Shown: positions 1 to 10,024, counted from the stretch's first letter. The stretch: DNA of 64,000 bases from an uncultured Chloroflexia bacterium (GCA_963797095.1 CAWCNY010000003.1:160001-224000); one strand, 5' to 3'. The notes: generated from the sequence alone by a model not told the origin. Numbers and translations: made by a program.

Positions 1-615
1 CGGAGCGAGCAGCGCCAGGTACGGCGCGAACTCGAAGCCGCTCTTGCCCGACCGGCTCTCCAGCAGCAGAGCCGTCTGCGCCAGCGGCACGCGCTGCACC
101 TGCGCCTCGGCACCCCACCGCCCCGCCAGGTGGACCACCTCGCGCACGCCCGCCGGCAAGACGGCGGTCAGGCTTCCGGCGTGGCTGATCTCAACCGGGG
201 GTCCGTCGCCGGTGTGCTGCAACAGCGTTTGGCGGAGCAGCATGCCCCTCTCCTCGTCAAGCGTGAAGCGCAACGCCGCCTGCAATGGGAGGTCGGTCGC
301 CTGTAATTCGATGGCGAGGGTTGCCCGGTCGGGGCACGTCCAGCCACGGCAGACCCACGATACCTGCCGGGCATCCGGCGAGAGCTGGACGGCAGTGTCG
401 GTCCGCGAGCGGGCCAGGGCGTCGAATATCTCGGGGCCGGGAAGATCCGGAGGCTCCTCCTGCGACACAGGGCCGAAGTAGTCGCAGAGTAGCGCTCCAT
501 CCAGCAGGCGCAGATGGAGCATCATGCCTCCCCACCTGAGCGACCACCCCTCGGTTTCCGCCTCGTCCTCGTATACCATCTGCATTACTTTTGCTGCTCC
601 ACCATTGCCATCCAT
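1..615 (-). CDS. Alpha-galactosidase (GH36), N-terminal part; runs off the left edge of the window
   Basis: Not in the ORF track because it has no stop in the window. My translation from ATG 615 is open to base 1 and reads ...HLAGRWGAEAQVQRVPL...LLLESRSGKSGFEFAPYLAL, resembling the GH36 N-terminal domain. Divergent from a sugar ABC operon. Confidence 0.75.
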   Translation of the reverse strand, partial: MDGNGGAAKVMQMVYEDEAETEGWSLRWGGMMLHLRLLDGALLCDYFGPVSQEEPPDLPGPEIFDALARSRTDTAVQLSPDARQVSWVCRGWTCPDRATLAIELQATDLPLQAALRFTLDEERGMLLRQTLLQHTGDGPPVEISHAGSLTAVLPAGVREVVHLAGRWGAEAQVQRVPLAQTALLLESRSGKSGFEFAPYLALLAP

Positions 616-683
616 GACGCGCCCGGTTCGAGAGTAATATACAGCAAATGATAGCCCCGGAGCTACGACGCGGAGACATGGAG

Positions 684-720
684 TGGGCACGATGGGCACG
701 ATGGGCACGATGGGCACGAA
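684..720. repeat. 9-bp tandem repeat (GGGCACGAT)x4, intergenic
   Basis: Read directly from the sequence. Confidence 0.9.
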
Positions 721-735
721 GAAACAATTCCGATA

Positions 736-764
736 TTGACAACCGGTAGAATCTCTGCTATCAT
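736..764 (+). promoter_or_regulatory. Sigma70-type promoter for the ABC operon
   Basis: TTGACA (736-741), 17-bp spacer, TG-n-TATCAT (759-764). Confidence 0.7.
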
Positions 765-774
765 CTGTCCGAGT

Positions 775-790
775 ATCAAAACGTTTTGGT
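775..790. promoter_or_regulatory. Putative LacI-family operator ATCAAAACGTTTTGGT
   Basis: Palindrome with the AAAACGTTTT core typical of LacI/GalR operators, just downstream of the -10. Near-identical site at 13742-13757. Confidence 0.7.
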
Positions 791-1262
791 CATCCCTTGC
801 TACTCGCGGCGCGGCGATACGCAAGACCTGGCAGAATCGACCAGCCTGAAGCTTGAAGTAGAGCAACTTACTAAGCGGGTTGGCTCATCATAGCCAGGAT
901 TGCATGTATAGTTCGTGTCCAAAAGACGCGCTTCCCTCCGGCCAAGACGATCCAGCAAATACAGGTACAGCACGTAAAACAGGTACAACAGGCACAGAGC
1001 TGATGGCATAAGTGCGCCAGGCGAGACGGCGCTCGCATAGTAGTCAGGAGGCAGCCTATGGCACAGGAAGCGGAAGAACGATCCCTTGCGTGGCGGCCGC
1101 CACGCGATTTCTGCAAGTGATTACTGTAGTAACCGTAATAAAGGGTGTAACAGGCAGCAACAGACAATTGAAGGGACGGAGAGGGCGTAGCTTTCTCCGG
1201 TATTCGTCTTTCTGTTGCACAAGCAATGCATGCAACACCAGGAGATGAAGGAGGAAACCTAA

Positions 1263-3134
1263 ATGTCGAAAAGCACAAAGCGGTGGTTTTCAATGATGGC
1301 GACGCTCACCTTAGCGCTGTCGCTGCTTTCGCTCGTACCTCTGGCCCCCAGCGCTTATGCGCAGGGTGATTCTCGCACATTCACCGAGACGGGCCATACC
1401 GTCAGCGGCAAGTTCCTGGACTATTGGAACGCGCACGGCGGGCTGGCCCAGCAGGGCCTCCCCCTCACCGAGGCCCAGAATGAGGTATCCGCCGTCGACG
1501 GCAAGACTTATATGACACAGTACTTCGAGCGCGCCGTGTTCGAGATGCACCCTGAGAACACCGCTCCTTACGATGTGCTCCTCTCCCTGCTCGGTGCGAT
1601 CCGATACGGGCAGAAGTACCCCGACGGCGCCCCCGACCAGAAGGCCAGCACCGAAGCCAACGCCCAGAAGTTCTCCGAGACGGGCTACACGGTGGGCGGC
1701 AAGTTCCTCGATTACTGGAACAGCCACGGCGGGCTGGCCCAGCAGGGCTACCCTGTCTCCAACGAATTCCAGGAAGTATCCGACGTTGACGGCAAGACCT
1801 ACACTGTCCAGTACTTCGAGCGCGCCGTGTTCGAGATGCACCCCGAGAACACCGCTCCCAACGATGTGCTCCTCTCCCTGCTCGGCACCTTCGCCTATAA
1901 CCAGAAGTCGGACATCGTGGTGAGCAATGTGCCCGCCGCCACCATCCGGGTGGGCACCTGGGAGAGCGGCGACGCCCTCAACCTGTGGAACGACCTGATC
2001 ACCAACTTCAAGGGAATGTACCCGCAGATCGACATCAGCTTCGAGCCGGTGCCCGACAACTACGGCACCAAGCTCCTCACCCAGATCGCCGCCAACGACG
2101 CGCCGGATGTCTTCCAGGTGGGCGACGGCGACGTGCGGATGTTCGTGGAGCGGGGCGGGGCGGCGGACCTCACCAACTACGTCAAAGGCCAAAACGGCCT
2201 GCCCGGACTTGATACCGTCGTCTACTACCCGGCGCTCTTCCAGACGGGAGTGGTGGACGGCAAATCGTCCTTCTTGACCAAAGACTACAGCCCGCTGGCC
2301 ATCTACTACAACAAGGACCTCTTCGACAAGGCCGGCGTGCCCTACCCGAAAGACGGCTGGACCTGGTCTGACTTCCAGGAAACGGCCATCAAGCTCACCA
2401 CGGGCAGCGGCCCCGACGCCCAGTACGGCATCGTTCTGCCGGGCAATTGGACCCGCGCCGTCGAGCCGTTCGTCTTCCAGAACGGGGGCGACGTGTCGAG
2501 CCCCGACGGCACCAAGACCAGCGGCTACCTGGACAGCCCCGCGACCGTGCAAGCTATCCAGTTCTACGTCGACCTCTACAACAAGTACCACGTCTCGCCC
2601 AGCCCGGCCGACATGAGCACCACCTTCAACGGCGTGGACCTCTTCCAGACCGGCAAAGCGGCCATGAACCTGACCGGCATCTGGCCCGAGTCGGGCTACG
2701 CGCAGGCCCCCGACTTCCACTTCGGCGTGGTCGGCCTGCCTCAGAACAAGCAGCGGGCGAACGCGGTCTGCTGGGCGGGCCTCGGCCTCTACAAGGGGAG
2801 CAAGAACCCCGACCAGGCCTGGCTCTTCCTGCGATATATCGGCGGGCAGGCGGGCCAGACCGAGTTCGCCTCCAACGGCTTGCCGTCGATGCCCTCTGTG
2901 GCCGACAGCCTGAAGATTGCCCAGGACCCCAACAAGTCGGCCTTCCTGAACGAAAACCAGTACCTCGTGCCCCTGCCCGATCTGCGCACCCGATATTGGA
3001 ACGACACGACCAACAAATACTGGGGCGAAGCGCTGGACAACCTGCTGGCCGACGGCGGCGACGTCCAGGCGGCTTTGACCGATGCGGCACAAAAGGCCGA
3101 CGCCGATTATGCCAAGTTGAGCAAGCAGCCTTAG
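1263..3134 (+). CDS. Sugar ABC transporter substrate-binding protein with N-terminal duplicated Chloroflexi-type surface repeat
   Basis: RBS GGAGG. Sec signal ending AYA-Q. Two tandem ~95-aa repeats (FxETGxTVxGKFLDYWNxHGGLAQQGxP...QYFERAVFEMHPEN...DVLLSLLG), then a family-1 SBP (YYNKDLFDKAGV-P, WTWSDF, FQTGKAAM). Confidence 0.92.
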   Translation: MSKSTKRWFSMMATLTLALSLLSLVPLAPSAYAQGDSRTFTETGHTVSGKFLDYWNAHGGLAQQGLPLTEAQNEVSAVDGKTYMTQYFERAVFEMHPENTAPYDVLLSLLGAIRYGQKYPDGAPDQKASTEANAQKFSETGYTVGGKFLDYWNSHGGLAQQGYPVSNEFQEVSDVDGKTYTVQYFERAVFEMHPENTAPNDVLLSLLGTFAYNQKSDIVVSNVPAATIRVGTWESGDALNLWNDLITNFKGMYPQIDISFEPVPDNYGTKLLTQIAANDAPDVFQVGDGDVRMFVERGGAADLTNYVKGQNGLPGLDTVVYYPALFQTGVVDGKSSFLTKDYSPLAIYYNKDLFDKAGVPYPKDGWTWSDFQETAIKLTTGSGPDAQYGIVLPGNWTRAVEPFVFQNGGDVSSPDGTKTSGYLDSPATVQAIQFYVDLYNKYHVSPSPADMSTTFNGVDLFQTGKAAMNLTGIWPESGYAQAPDFHFGVVGLPQNKQRANAVCWAGLGLYKGSKNPDQAWLFLRYIGGQAGQTEFASNGLPSMPSVADSLKIAQDPNKSAFLNENQYLVPLPDLRTRYWNDTTNKYWGEALDNLLADGGDVQAALTDAAQKADADYAKLSKQP

Positions 3135-3174
3135 CTCCATAGCTCAGGCGGGGCACCGCCTATCAAAGTAGTTA

Positions 3175-3206
3175 CTCCTCCCGCAAGGTGTGCCTTGCGG
3201 GAGGAG
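3175..3206 (+). terminator. Perfect 14-bp hairpin after the SBP gene (mRNA stabiliser or partial terminator)
   Basis: CTCCTCCCGCAAGG-tgtg-CCTTGCGGGAGGAG. No long U-tract, a usual arrangement between SBP and permease genes. Confidence 0.7.
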
Positions 3207-3227
3207 CGTTAACACCGGAGGCCACGC

Positions 3228-4172
3228 ATGGCTACGATGCCAAGGCCCATGTCCAGGCCGAGCGCGACGCGAAAGGGGTGGCTCAGTCGCTGGAAGCGAA
3301 GAGAAACCTGGCTTTTCTATCTCTGTATCTCCCCCTGGCTGATAGGCTTCTTGATCTGGACCGCCGGCCCGATGATCTACTCTTTCTATCTCAGCCTCAC
3401 CAGTTGGGACCTTTTCACCCCACCGCAGTGGGTCGGCCTCGACAATTACAAAGATCTCCTCACCGACAACCCCGATTTCTGGCAGTCTCTCAAGGTAACG
3501 GCGGTATATTCTTTCGTTTCGGTGCCGCTCAGCCTGGTGGGCGCGCTCGCCCTGGCCCTCCTTTTGAACTCGAAGGTGCGCGGGATCGCTTTCTTTAGAA
3601 CCATTTTTTACCTCCCATCGGTGCTGCCGGCCATCGCCGTGGCCGTGCTCTGGATATGGGTGTTCAACCCCCAGTATGGCATCCTGAACCTCCTCCTCAA
3701 CCTGGTAGGCATAGAGGGGCCCAAGTGGCTTGGCGACCCGAACTGGGCTTTGCCCGCCCTCATCTTGATGAGCCTCTGGAGCCTGGGCGGGAGCATGATC
3801 ATCTTCCTGGCGGGCCTGCAAGGGATCTCCCAGACCCTCTACGAAGCAGCCGAGTTGGACGGGGCCAACAAAGTGCAGCAGCTGTTCAACATAACCATCC
3901 CCCAGCTGACGCCCACCATCTTTTTCAACCTCGTCATGAGTATTATCGGCTCGTTCCAGGTGTTCACCCAGGCCTACGCCATGACCGAAGGCGGCCCGCG
4001 CAAAGCAACCCTCTTCTATATGTACTATCTATGGGACATGGCCTTCGTGAAGTTCCGCATGGGCTACGCCTCGGCGCTCGCCTGGATCCTGTTCATAGTC
4101 ATCCTCATCTTTACTCTGCTCGTGATCAGGTCTTCGACCCTGTGGGTCTATTACGAATCGGAGACGAAATAG
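3228..4172 (+). CDS. Carbohydrate ABC transporter permease (MalF/UgpA-like)
   Basis: Six TM segments; EAA loop LYEAAELDGA. Confidence 0.95.
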   Translation: MATMPRPMSRPSATRKGWLSRWKRRETWLFYLCISPWLIGFLIWTAGPMIYSFYLSLTSWDLFTPPQWVGLDNYKDLLTDNPDFWQSLKVTAVYSFVSVPLSLVGALALALLLNSKVRGIAFFRTIFYLPSVLPAIAVAVLWIWVFNPQYGILNLLLNLVGIEGPKWLGDPNWALPALILMSLWSLGGSMIIFLAGLQGISQTLYEAAELDGANKVQQLFNITIPQLTPTIFFNLVMSIIGSFQVFTQAYAMTEGGPRKATLFYMYYLWDMAFVKFRMGYASALAWILFIVILIFTLLVIRSSTLWVYYESETK

Positions 4173-4236
4173 ACGGTCGGCGGCTGAGGAAGCTGAAGTT
4201 GCTTTCGTTGGACCCTCAACCCCACAGGAGGCAGTC

Positions 4237-5136
4237 ATGGCCACGCAGGACTCCATAGAACCAAAAGCTGTCGTTTCTCCTCGCCGGGGATCGCTGATAC
4301 AATCCAGGAGCGCTCTCGACCTGATCGGCAAGATAGTCGTCTATATATTGCTCATCGGGGGGTCGATACTGATAATGATCCCGGTCTTCTGGATGGTGTC
4401 GAGCGCCCTCAAGCCGAACTATGAGATTTTCGTCTTTCCGCCGAAATGGATACCGGAGCCCATCCAGTGGGATAACTTCGTCAAAGCGATGACTACCCTT
4501 CCGTTCGGCACCTATTTCCAGAACACCCTCATCATCGAAGTTGGTACCATCGTGGGCACGGTGCTTTCCTGCTCGATCGTGGCGTACGGGTTTGCCCGGC
4601 TGGACGCTCCAGGGCGCAACTTCTGGTTCGTCGTGCTGCTGTCAACGATGATGCTGCCGGGCGTGGTGACGATGATTCCCGTCTACCTGATCTTCAGGCA
4701 GCTAGGCTGGGTGAACACTTTCCTGCCTCTGATCGTGCCGAACTGGTTCGGCAGCGCATTCTTCATATTCCTGCTCAGGCAGTTCTTCATGACGATACCG
4801 CGCGACTTCGAGGACGCCGCGCGCATCGACGGCGCAAACACCTGGCAGATCCTGACGCGCATCGTGCTCCCACTGTCCAAACCGGCCCTGGCAACCGTCA
4901 CCATTTTCACTTTCATGGGCGTCTGGAACGACTTCATGGGCCCGCTGATCTATCTCAACAAGCCTGAGACGTATACCCTGGCCCTCGGGTTGAACTTCTT
5001 CAAGGGGCAGTACACGTCCGATTGGAACATGCTGATGGCGGCGTCGCTGGTGATGATGCTGCCGCTGGTCATTCTCTTCTTCGTGGCGCAGAAGGCGTTC
5101 ATCGAAGGCATCACCCTCACAGGTGTCAAGGGCTAG
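4237..5136 (+). CDS. Carbohydrate ABC transporter permease (MalG/UgpE-like)
   Basis: EAA loop FEDAARIDGA; C-terminal FIEGITLTGVKG. Confidence 0.95.
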   Translation: MATQDSIEPKAVVSPRRGSLIQSRSALDLIGKIVVYILLIGGSILIMIPVFWMVSSALKPNYEIFVFPPKWIPEPIQWDNFVKAMTTLPFGTYFQNTLIIEVGTIVGTVLSCSIVAYGFARLDAPGRNFWFVVLLSTMMLPGVVTMIPVYLIFRQLGWVNTFLPLIVPNWFGSAFFIFLLRQFFMTIPRDFEDAARIDGANTWQILTRIVLPLSKPALATVTIFTFMGVWNDFMGPLIYLNKPETYTLALGLNFFKGQYTSDWNMLMAASLVMMLPLVILFFVAQKAFIEGITLTGVKG

Positions 5137-5315
5137 GATAGGTGTTACAATGTGAGGGTCCAGGGGGCAGGTATGCGGCAGGGCGGGGGAGTGCACCCTG
5201 CGCTCATCCGGCAGTGGAGTTTGGGTTGCCATCCACCTCCACCCTTTACGGCCAATATCGCTCGTGCGTGTACGCCGGCCCCGATAATATAGCTTGAGCA
5301 GAAGGGCAGCCTATA

Positions 5316-7673
5316 TTGGAGTCGGCGGCAACATCATCCCGGGCATCACGAGCGCAGCGTGTATCTGAGAGAGCAGATGCGCTCGATAGGGCAGGAGCTA
5401 TCCGCTTGCCTCTTGCTGCCGTCGCGATATCGGTCGCCTCGGCGGTGTCGCTGGCTTACGAAGTGCTGCTGACCAGGCTCTTTTCCATCCTCTTCGAATA
5501 CCACTTCGTGTTCGTGGCCACATCGCTCGCCATCTGCGGCCTCGGTTTGGGGGCCGCCTGGGGCGCGTGGCTGCTGGCGCGCAGGCGCCGCGATATAACG
5601 CTATTGCACCCTGCTCGCCTGACTATCGGGCTGGCCGCGACGCTTGTGCTCGACAGCCTGATCTTCTCGCTGCTGCCCTGGGCGGGCGCGGTGTACCTGC
5701 AGGCCGCCCTCGCCCTGCCCCCCTTCGTGCTGATCGGCCTCCTCATCGCCACCATTTTCGCGGCGCGCCCGGCCGAGAGCGCCCGGCTTTACGCGTCCGA
5801 CTTGCTCGGTGCGGCGGTGGGCAGCGTGGCGGTGTTGCTGTTGATCGTGTGGAGCGGCGTTTTCACCGCGATCATGTGGCTCGGTCTGCTCGCTTGTGTG
5901 CTGGGGCTGCTGCTCGCTTCCGCAACCGCCGACAGGGAGGCCGCGCGGGTGGCGCTACCAGCCGCGGCGATCGTCGCTTTGTTGGTGCTCGCGGGACAGC
6001 TTTTCGACCTGCCGCGCTTCGACGCAGCGGCCATCGGCGGCGCTCCACCCGACAAAACGATGTTGCGCGTGCTTCAAGACCCCACGCAGCAGGGGCGCAT
6101 CGCCGAGACGGTGTGGGGGCCTTTCGCCCGCCTCGACCTGGTGGAGACTTCAGACCCCGACACCAAGCTCTTATTCACCGACGGTGGCGCAGGGAGCTAC
6201 ATGATTCGCTTCGACGGCGACCTCGGCAAGGTCTCGGACCTGAAGGCCGACCCCGATTACCTCCCATTCACGCTGGGCGTGCCCACCGATACGCTGGTGC
6301 TCGGAGCGGGGGCCGGCAAAGACGTGGTCCTGTCTTTGCTCGCGGGCAGCGAGCACATCACCGCCGTCGAGTTGAACCAGGAAGTAGTAGATCTCACCCG
6401 CCGCTACGCGTCGTTCAACGGCAACATCCTGGACCGTCCCGGCGTGCAGACGGCGGTGGCGGACGGGCGCTCGTACGTCGAGCAGACCGACCACAACTAC
6501 GACCTGATTTACATGAACCTCGTCTACAGCCAGGCTGCGGGACACGAGAATTCGCCCCTGGCCGAGAGCTACGTCTTCACCGAGCAGGCGATGCGCTCCT
6601 ACTGGCGGCACCTCAATCCGGGAGGGAGCATAGGCATCGTAACCCACAACGGCTTCGAGGGGAGCCGCGTCCTCCTCACCGCGATAGCCGCTCTGGAGGA
6701 CGAGGGGTTGGAAACGCGTCAGGCGCTGGACCGCGTGCTCCTCTACCAGGCCTATTCCGACGACCCCAACACCGCCACAAGCGTATTGCTGGTGACTCGC
6801 AGGTCCATGGACGAGAACCAACTGTCGGACAACACCAGGCAAGCCGACGCCCTGGGGTTGCGGACGATGTACGTGCCAGTGCTCTTTGAGCTACCTCTGA
6901 AAGACCTTGTAAAAGGCAACGCGGGCATCTACGATTTCGCTCGCAACGGCGACTACGATCTCGTGCCCACCACCGACGACCAGCCTTATTTTTACCAGAT
7001 CGAGTGGGGGTTGCCCGACACGGTGACTTTGCTGCTGGTGCTGACCGGGGTGGTCGTGCTCGTCTACTTCGCGGTGACGGCCAGGGCGTACCGGCGCTCC
7101 GGACGGATGCGGGTAGGCGCGCTGGCAGCATACTTCGCCGTGCTGGGAGCCGCATACATGCTGGTGATGGTGCCACTTGTGCAGCGCTTCTACCTGCTGA
7201 TGGGCAACCCCACGCTGGCGCTGGTGGTCACGCTCGAAGGGCTGCTGTTCGGGGCGGGGTTGGGCAGCCTGATAGGCTCCCGGCTGCACGGCAAGCTGTT
7301 GAGACCTGTTACCTCCGCCATCGCCGCGCTGGTGGCGTTGCTCGTGGCGCAGGCTCTCCTCTACCCGATGTTCCGCGACAGCCTGCTCCAGGCTCCCCTC
7401 TTCGTGCGCATTGCTGCCGTGCTCCTCCTCACGCTGCCCCTCGGCCTCCTCATCGGCCTCCCTTTCCCCAGCGGCCTGCGCATCGCGGGGGGCTGGCTGG
7501 CTCGCTCGGTGCCCGCCCTGTGGGGCCTGAACGCGATCTCAGCGGTGTTCGGCTCGGCGGTGGCCTCGGCGATAGCCATGACCCTTGGCTTCCAGGCCGT
7601 ACTCCTTACAGCGGCTGTACTCTATACTCTCGCCGCCGTATTGCTCGTGGTAGTCAAGCCGAGCGAAGCGTGA
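5316..7673 (+). CDS. Multi-pass membrane protein with central spermidine-synthase-like class I SAM-binding domain
   Basis: N-terminal TM block (LAYEVLLTRLFS, LYASDLLGAA); SAM motifs VLGAGAGKD, AVELN, VADGRSYV, YDLI; TTDDQPYF; C-terminal TM block (WGLNAISAVFGS). TTG start uncertain. Confidence 0.82.
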   Translation: MESAATSSRASRAQRVSERADALDRAGAIRLPLAAVAISVASAVSLAYEVLLTRLFSILFEYHFVFVATSLAICGLGLGAAWGAWLLARRRRDITLLHPARLTIGLAATLVLDSLIFSLLPWAGAVYLQAALALPPFVLIGLLIATIFAARPAESARLYASDLLGAAVGSVAVLLLIVWSGVFTAIMWLGLLACVLGLLLASATADREAARVALPAAAIVALLVLAGQLFDLPRFDAAAIGGAPPDKTMLRVLQDPTQQGRIAETVWGPFARLDLVETSDPDTKLLFTDGGAGSYMIRFDGDLGKVSDLKADPDYLPFTLGVPTDTLVLGAGAGKDVVLSLLAGSEHITAVELNQEVVDLTRRYASFNGNILDRPGVQTAVADGRSYVEQTDHNYDLIYMNLVYSQAAGHENSPLAESYVFTEQAMRSYWRHLNPGGSIGIVTHNGFEGSRVLLTAIAALEDEGLETRQALDRVLLYQAYSDDPNTATSVLLVTRRSMDENQLSDNTRQADALGLRTMYVPVLFELPLKDLVKGNAGIYDFARNGDYDLVPTTDDQPYFYQIEWGLPDTVTLLLVLTGVVVLVYFAVTARAYRRSGRMRVGALAAYFAVLGAAYMLVMVPLVQRFYLLMGNPTLALVVTLEGLLFGAGLGSLIGSRLHGKLLRPVTSAIAALVALLVAQALLYPMFRDSLLQAPLFVRIAAVLLLTLPLGLLIGLPFPSGLRIAGGWLARSVPALWGLNAISAVFGSAVASAIAMTLGFQAVLLTAAVLYTLAAVLLVVVKPSEA

Positions 7674-7760
7674 AACACCAGGCTCCCCTGAAACCCCTCT
7701 ACCCAACGAATCGTCCGCGACAAACCACTACCCCACTAATCCTTCGTTCCTCGCCGGTGG

Positions 7761-9983
7761 TCAGACGAAGGCCACAGGTACATCGGGAGTGGGCTCCAGC
7801 TGGAAGGGGGGGTCGCTGTGGCCGCTGTGGCCGCTGTGGCCGCTGTGGCCGCTGTGGCCGCTACCCCCACCGAGGGGCGCTACGTCGAGTCGAATTTCGT
7901 CACCGCTCCGTTGCAGCGACAAGTCGTAGCGCTCACCCCACACTTGCAGGTTCTTCACCCGCGCGCCTTGCCAGCCGGAGGGGAGTTGGGGCCTCACCAG
8001 CACCACACCGCGGTCGGGGTCGGGCAGGAGCCGGAACCATCCCTGCACAGCGAGCCAGTTATACGCCGCACTGGACCAAAGCTGCAGGAAGCAGGGCCTG
8101 TAAACGCCTCGCGTCACCTCAAACTCCGGAATGGCCCAGGGCATGCCCCGGTCGCACAGTTCGGCGATTCGCTGCAAGTACCACAGGCCCCGGTCCGGCC
8201 TCCCGTACTGGAACTCCGCCAGCGCCACAATCGCATTCCCCACAGGCATCACGAAGTCGCTCGTGCCGGGGTGGATTATCCCATTGGGGCCGGTGTGCTC
8301 AGACCCTTCAACTTTCGCGAACAGAGAAGCGATGCGTACAGCGTCCCGTGGGTTCGAGCCGTCGAGCACGCCCATCTCCATCATCACGTAGCTCTCCGCC
8401 GGTTCTTCGGGCCACACCGAAAGGTCCCGCTCGATCCTCCAGACGTATTCGCCGCGGTCTGCCACCCAGAAGTGCTCGTCTATGCTCTCGCGCACCTTCA
8501 CACGCACTTGCTCGCACATGGCTGCCGTGCCGGGATCGCCCGCCGAGCAGGCCAGGTAAGCCAGCGACCGCAGCCCCTGGTGCAGCGCAGCCGCCACGTC
8601 CAGCTTCCTGCCGCGTCCCGCGCTCCTCAATTCGAGCAGCCCAGGGCCGTCCGGGAGGAGGGTGTGCTCAGGATCGCACTCGCCAAGCAGGTAATCGAAT
8701 ATGCCCTCTTTGCACAAGCCGTACATCTCCTGGAGAAAGGCCCTGTCGCCCGTCCACCTGTAGGCGCGCTCAACCGACGTGACGAATTGGGCGGTCTCGA
8801 TCGTGTTGCCCGGATTGAAGAGCCTTCCCGTCTGCGTGATTTCGTGCGGTATGCGCCCTCCCTGCCGGCGGGCCATGTTGGCGAGCAGCCTCAAGTTCGA
8901 CAAAACGGCGTCGGTCTGCCCAGCCATCAGCAGACCACTGACGCTGTAGTAGGTGTCGCAACCGAAGTACCATGCGAAGCTCGGGAGTCCCGCCACCGCG
9001 CCACGCGCCACGCCAGGCATCTCCAGGGTCAGCATGTCCATGCAGACGTTCTGAAGGGCGTAGGCTCGGTCGATGCCCGGCTCGGGCGTGTCGACCCTCG
9101 GTGCGCCGCCTATCAGCATTTCCTGTCGGGCCACTTTGGCGCTCAGGAGGGGGTCGTACTCCGCAAGCAGGCCGGTTGCCTTCCGGCGGGCGCATGCCAC
9201 CCCGTCCATCCCACCCACCAGCGCGAAGCGCAGCGTGCGGCTCTCTCCAGGCGCGAGCGCTACATCATAATCGAGGCGGCCGGTTACGCCGGCGCCTTGC
9301 AGGGCGGAGGGATCGGGCAGGATGCCGCCGTGCTTCACCCCCTCTTCGCCGCGCAAGGAGCTTGTGCGCTCAGGCCCCCACAGGTCGGGGCCGGTGCTGT
9401 GCCTGCAAGGGGCGTGGTCGCAGAGCATCGCGCCGCTCCACGCGTGGTGCCCGCCGTCCCATGCCACGATACCGCCCCACTCGTCCACGAACTGCGCCTC
9501 GTCTGCCCTGTCGGGCCAGTAGCTCCACCAGGCCCCCTGTATATCCCACCGCACGAGCCAACTGACTGTCAGCCGGAGGGGCCCTTCTGCTCTATTGTGC
9601 AAGGTGAGGTCGAGCAGCACGCCAGGCTCGTGGTCGGGCACGAAGGTTCGCTGGACGGCCTCGACCGCAGCGCCGCCGACCTGCAGGAGGAACTCGCGCT
9701 CCGCCCTGCCGGGCTGCATCCTGAAGCTCGTGCAGGCGGGCCCCCACAGCCAGCTGGTCTCGCTATGCTCGTCACCTGCCGGCGAGAGGCCGAACCAGAA
9801 GCCGTCGGCCAGCTTGACCGGCGGAGTCCATATTCCGCCCATCTCGCCCGGCAGGTGGTGGCCCAGGTCGGGGAACCCGCCGTGTAGCGAGCCTATGAGG
9901 TAGCATCGCCTGCCCGTCGCGGCGAACAGTCTGTTCAGGTCGTTTGTTACCGGTTCGTCGAAAAGAGACACAGAGACAAGCAA
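7761..9983 (-). CDS. (alpha/alpha)6 glycoside hydrolase, glycogen-debranching/amylo-alpha-1,6-glucosidase-like
   Basis: AGLPSFAWYFGCDTYY, GRIPHEI, NPGNTIETAQF, PEF...CFLQLWSSA; N-terminal GHHLPGEMGGIWTPP. Confidence 0.78.
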   Translation of the reverse strand: MLVSVSLFDEPVTNDLNRLFAATGRRCYLIGSLHGGFPDLGHHLPGEMGGIWTPPVKLADGFWFGLSPAGDEHSETSWLWGPACTSFRMQPGRAEREFLLQVGGAAVEAVQRTFVPDHEPGVLLDLTLHNRAEGPLRLTVSWLVRWDIQGAWWSYWPDRADEAQFVDEWGGIVAWDGGHHAWSGAMLCDHAPCRHSTGPDLWGPERTSSLRGEEGVKHGGILPDPSALQGAGVTGRLDYDVALAPGESRTLRFALVGGMDGVACARRKATGLLAEYDPLLSAKVARQEMLIGGAPRVDTPEPGIDRAYALQNVCMDMLTLEMPGVARGAVAGLPSFAWYFGCDTYYSVSGLLMAGQTDAVLSNLRLLANMARRQGGRIPHEITQTGRLFNPGNTIETAQFVTSVERAYRWTGDRAFLQEMYGLCKEGIFDYLLGECDPEHTLLPDGPGLLELRSAGRGRKLDVAAALHQGLRSLAYLACSAGDPGTAAMCEQVRVKVRESIDEHFWVADRGEYVWRIERDLSVWPEEPAESYVMMEMGVLDGSNPRDAVRIASLFAKVEGSEHTGPNGIIHPGTSDFVMPVGNAIVALAEFQYGRPDRGLWYLQRIAELCDRGMPWAIPEFEVTRGVYRPCFLQLWSSAAYNWLAVQGWFRLLPDPDRGVVLVRPQLPSGWQGARVKNLQVWGERYDLSLQRSGDEIRLDVAPLGGGSGHSGHSGHSGHSGHSDPPFQLEPTPDVPVAFV
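7815..7862. repeat. 9-bp tandem repeat (GCTGTGGCC)x5 encoding (GHS)5 near the C-terminus of the hydrolase
   Basis: Read directly; translates to SGHSGHSGHSGHSGHS on the minus strand. Confidence 0.9.
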
Positions 9984-10024
9984 TCCTATCTATCGTGTGG
10001 CACAGCGAGCGGGCTGATGCCCAA

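Noticed and set aside
1311-3140. 609-aa minus-strand ORF, and similar long shadow ORFs (7004-8782, 7818-9887, 5567-6889, 45607-46632)
   Set aside because: Antisense or off-frame shadows of well-supported genes, expected in high-GC DNA with strong codon bias. No recognisable motifs.
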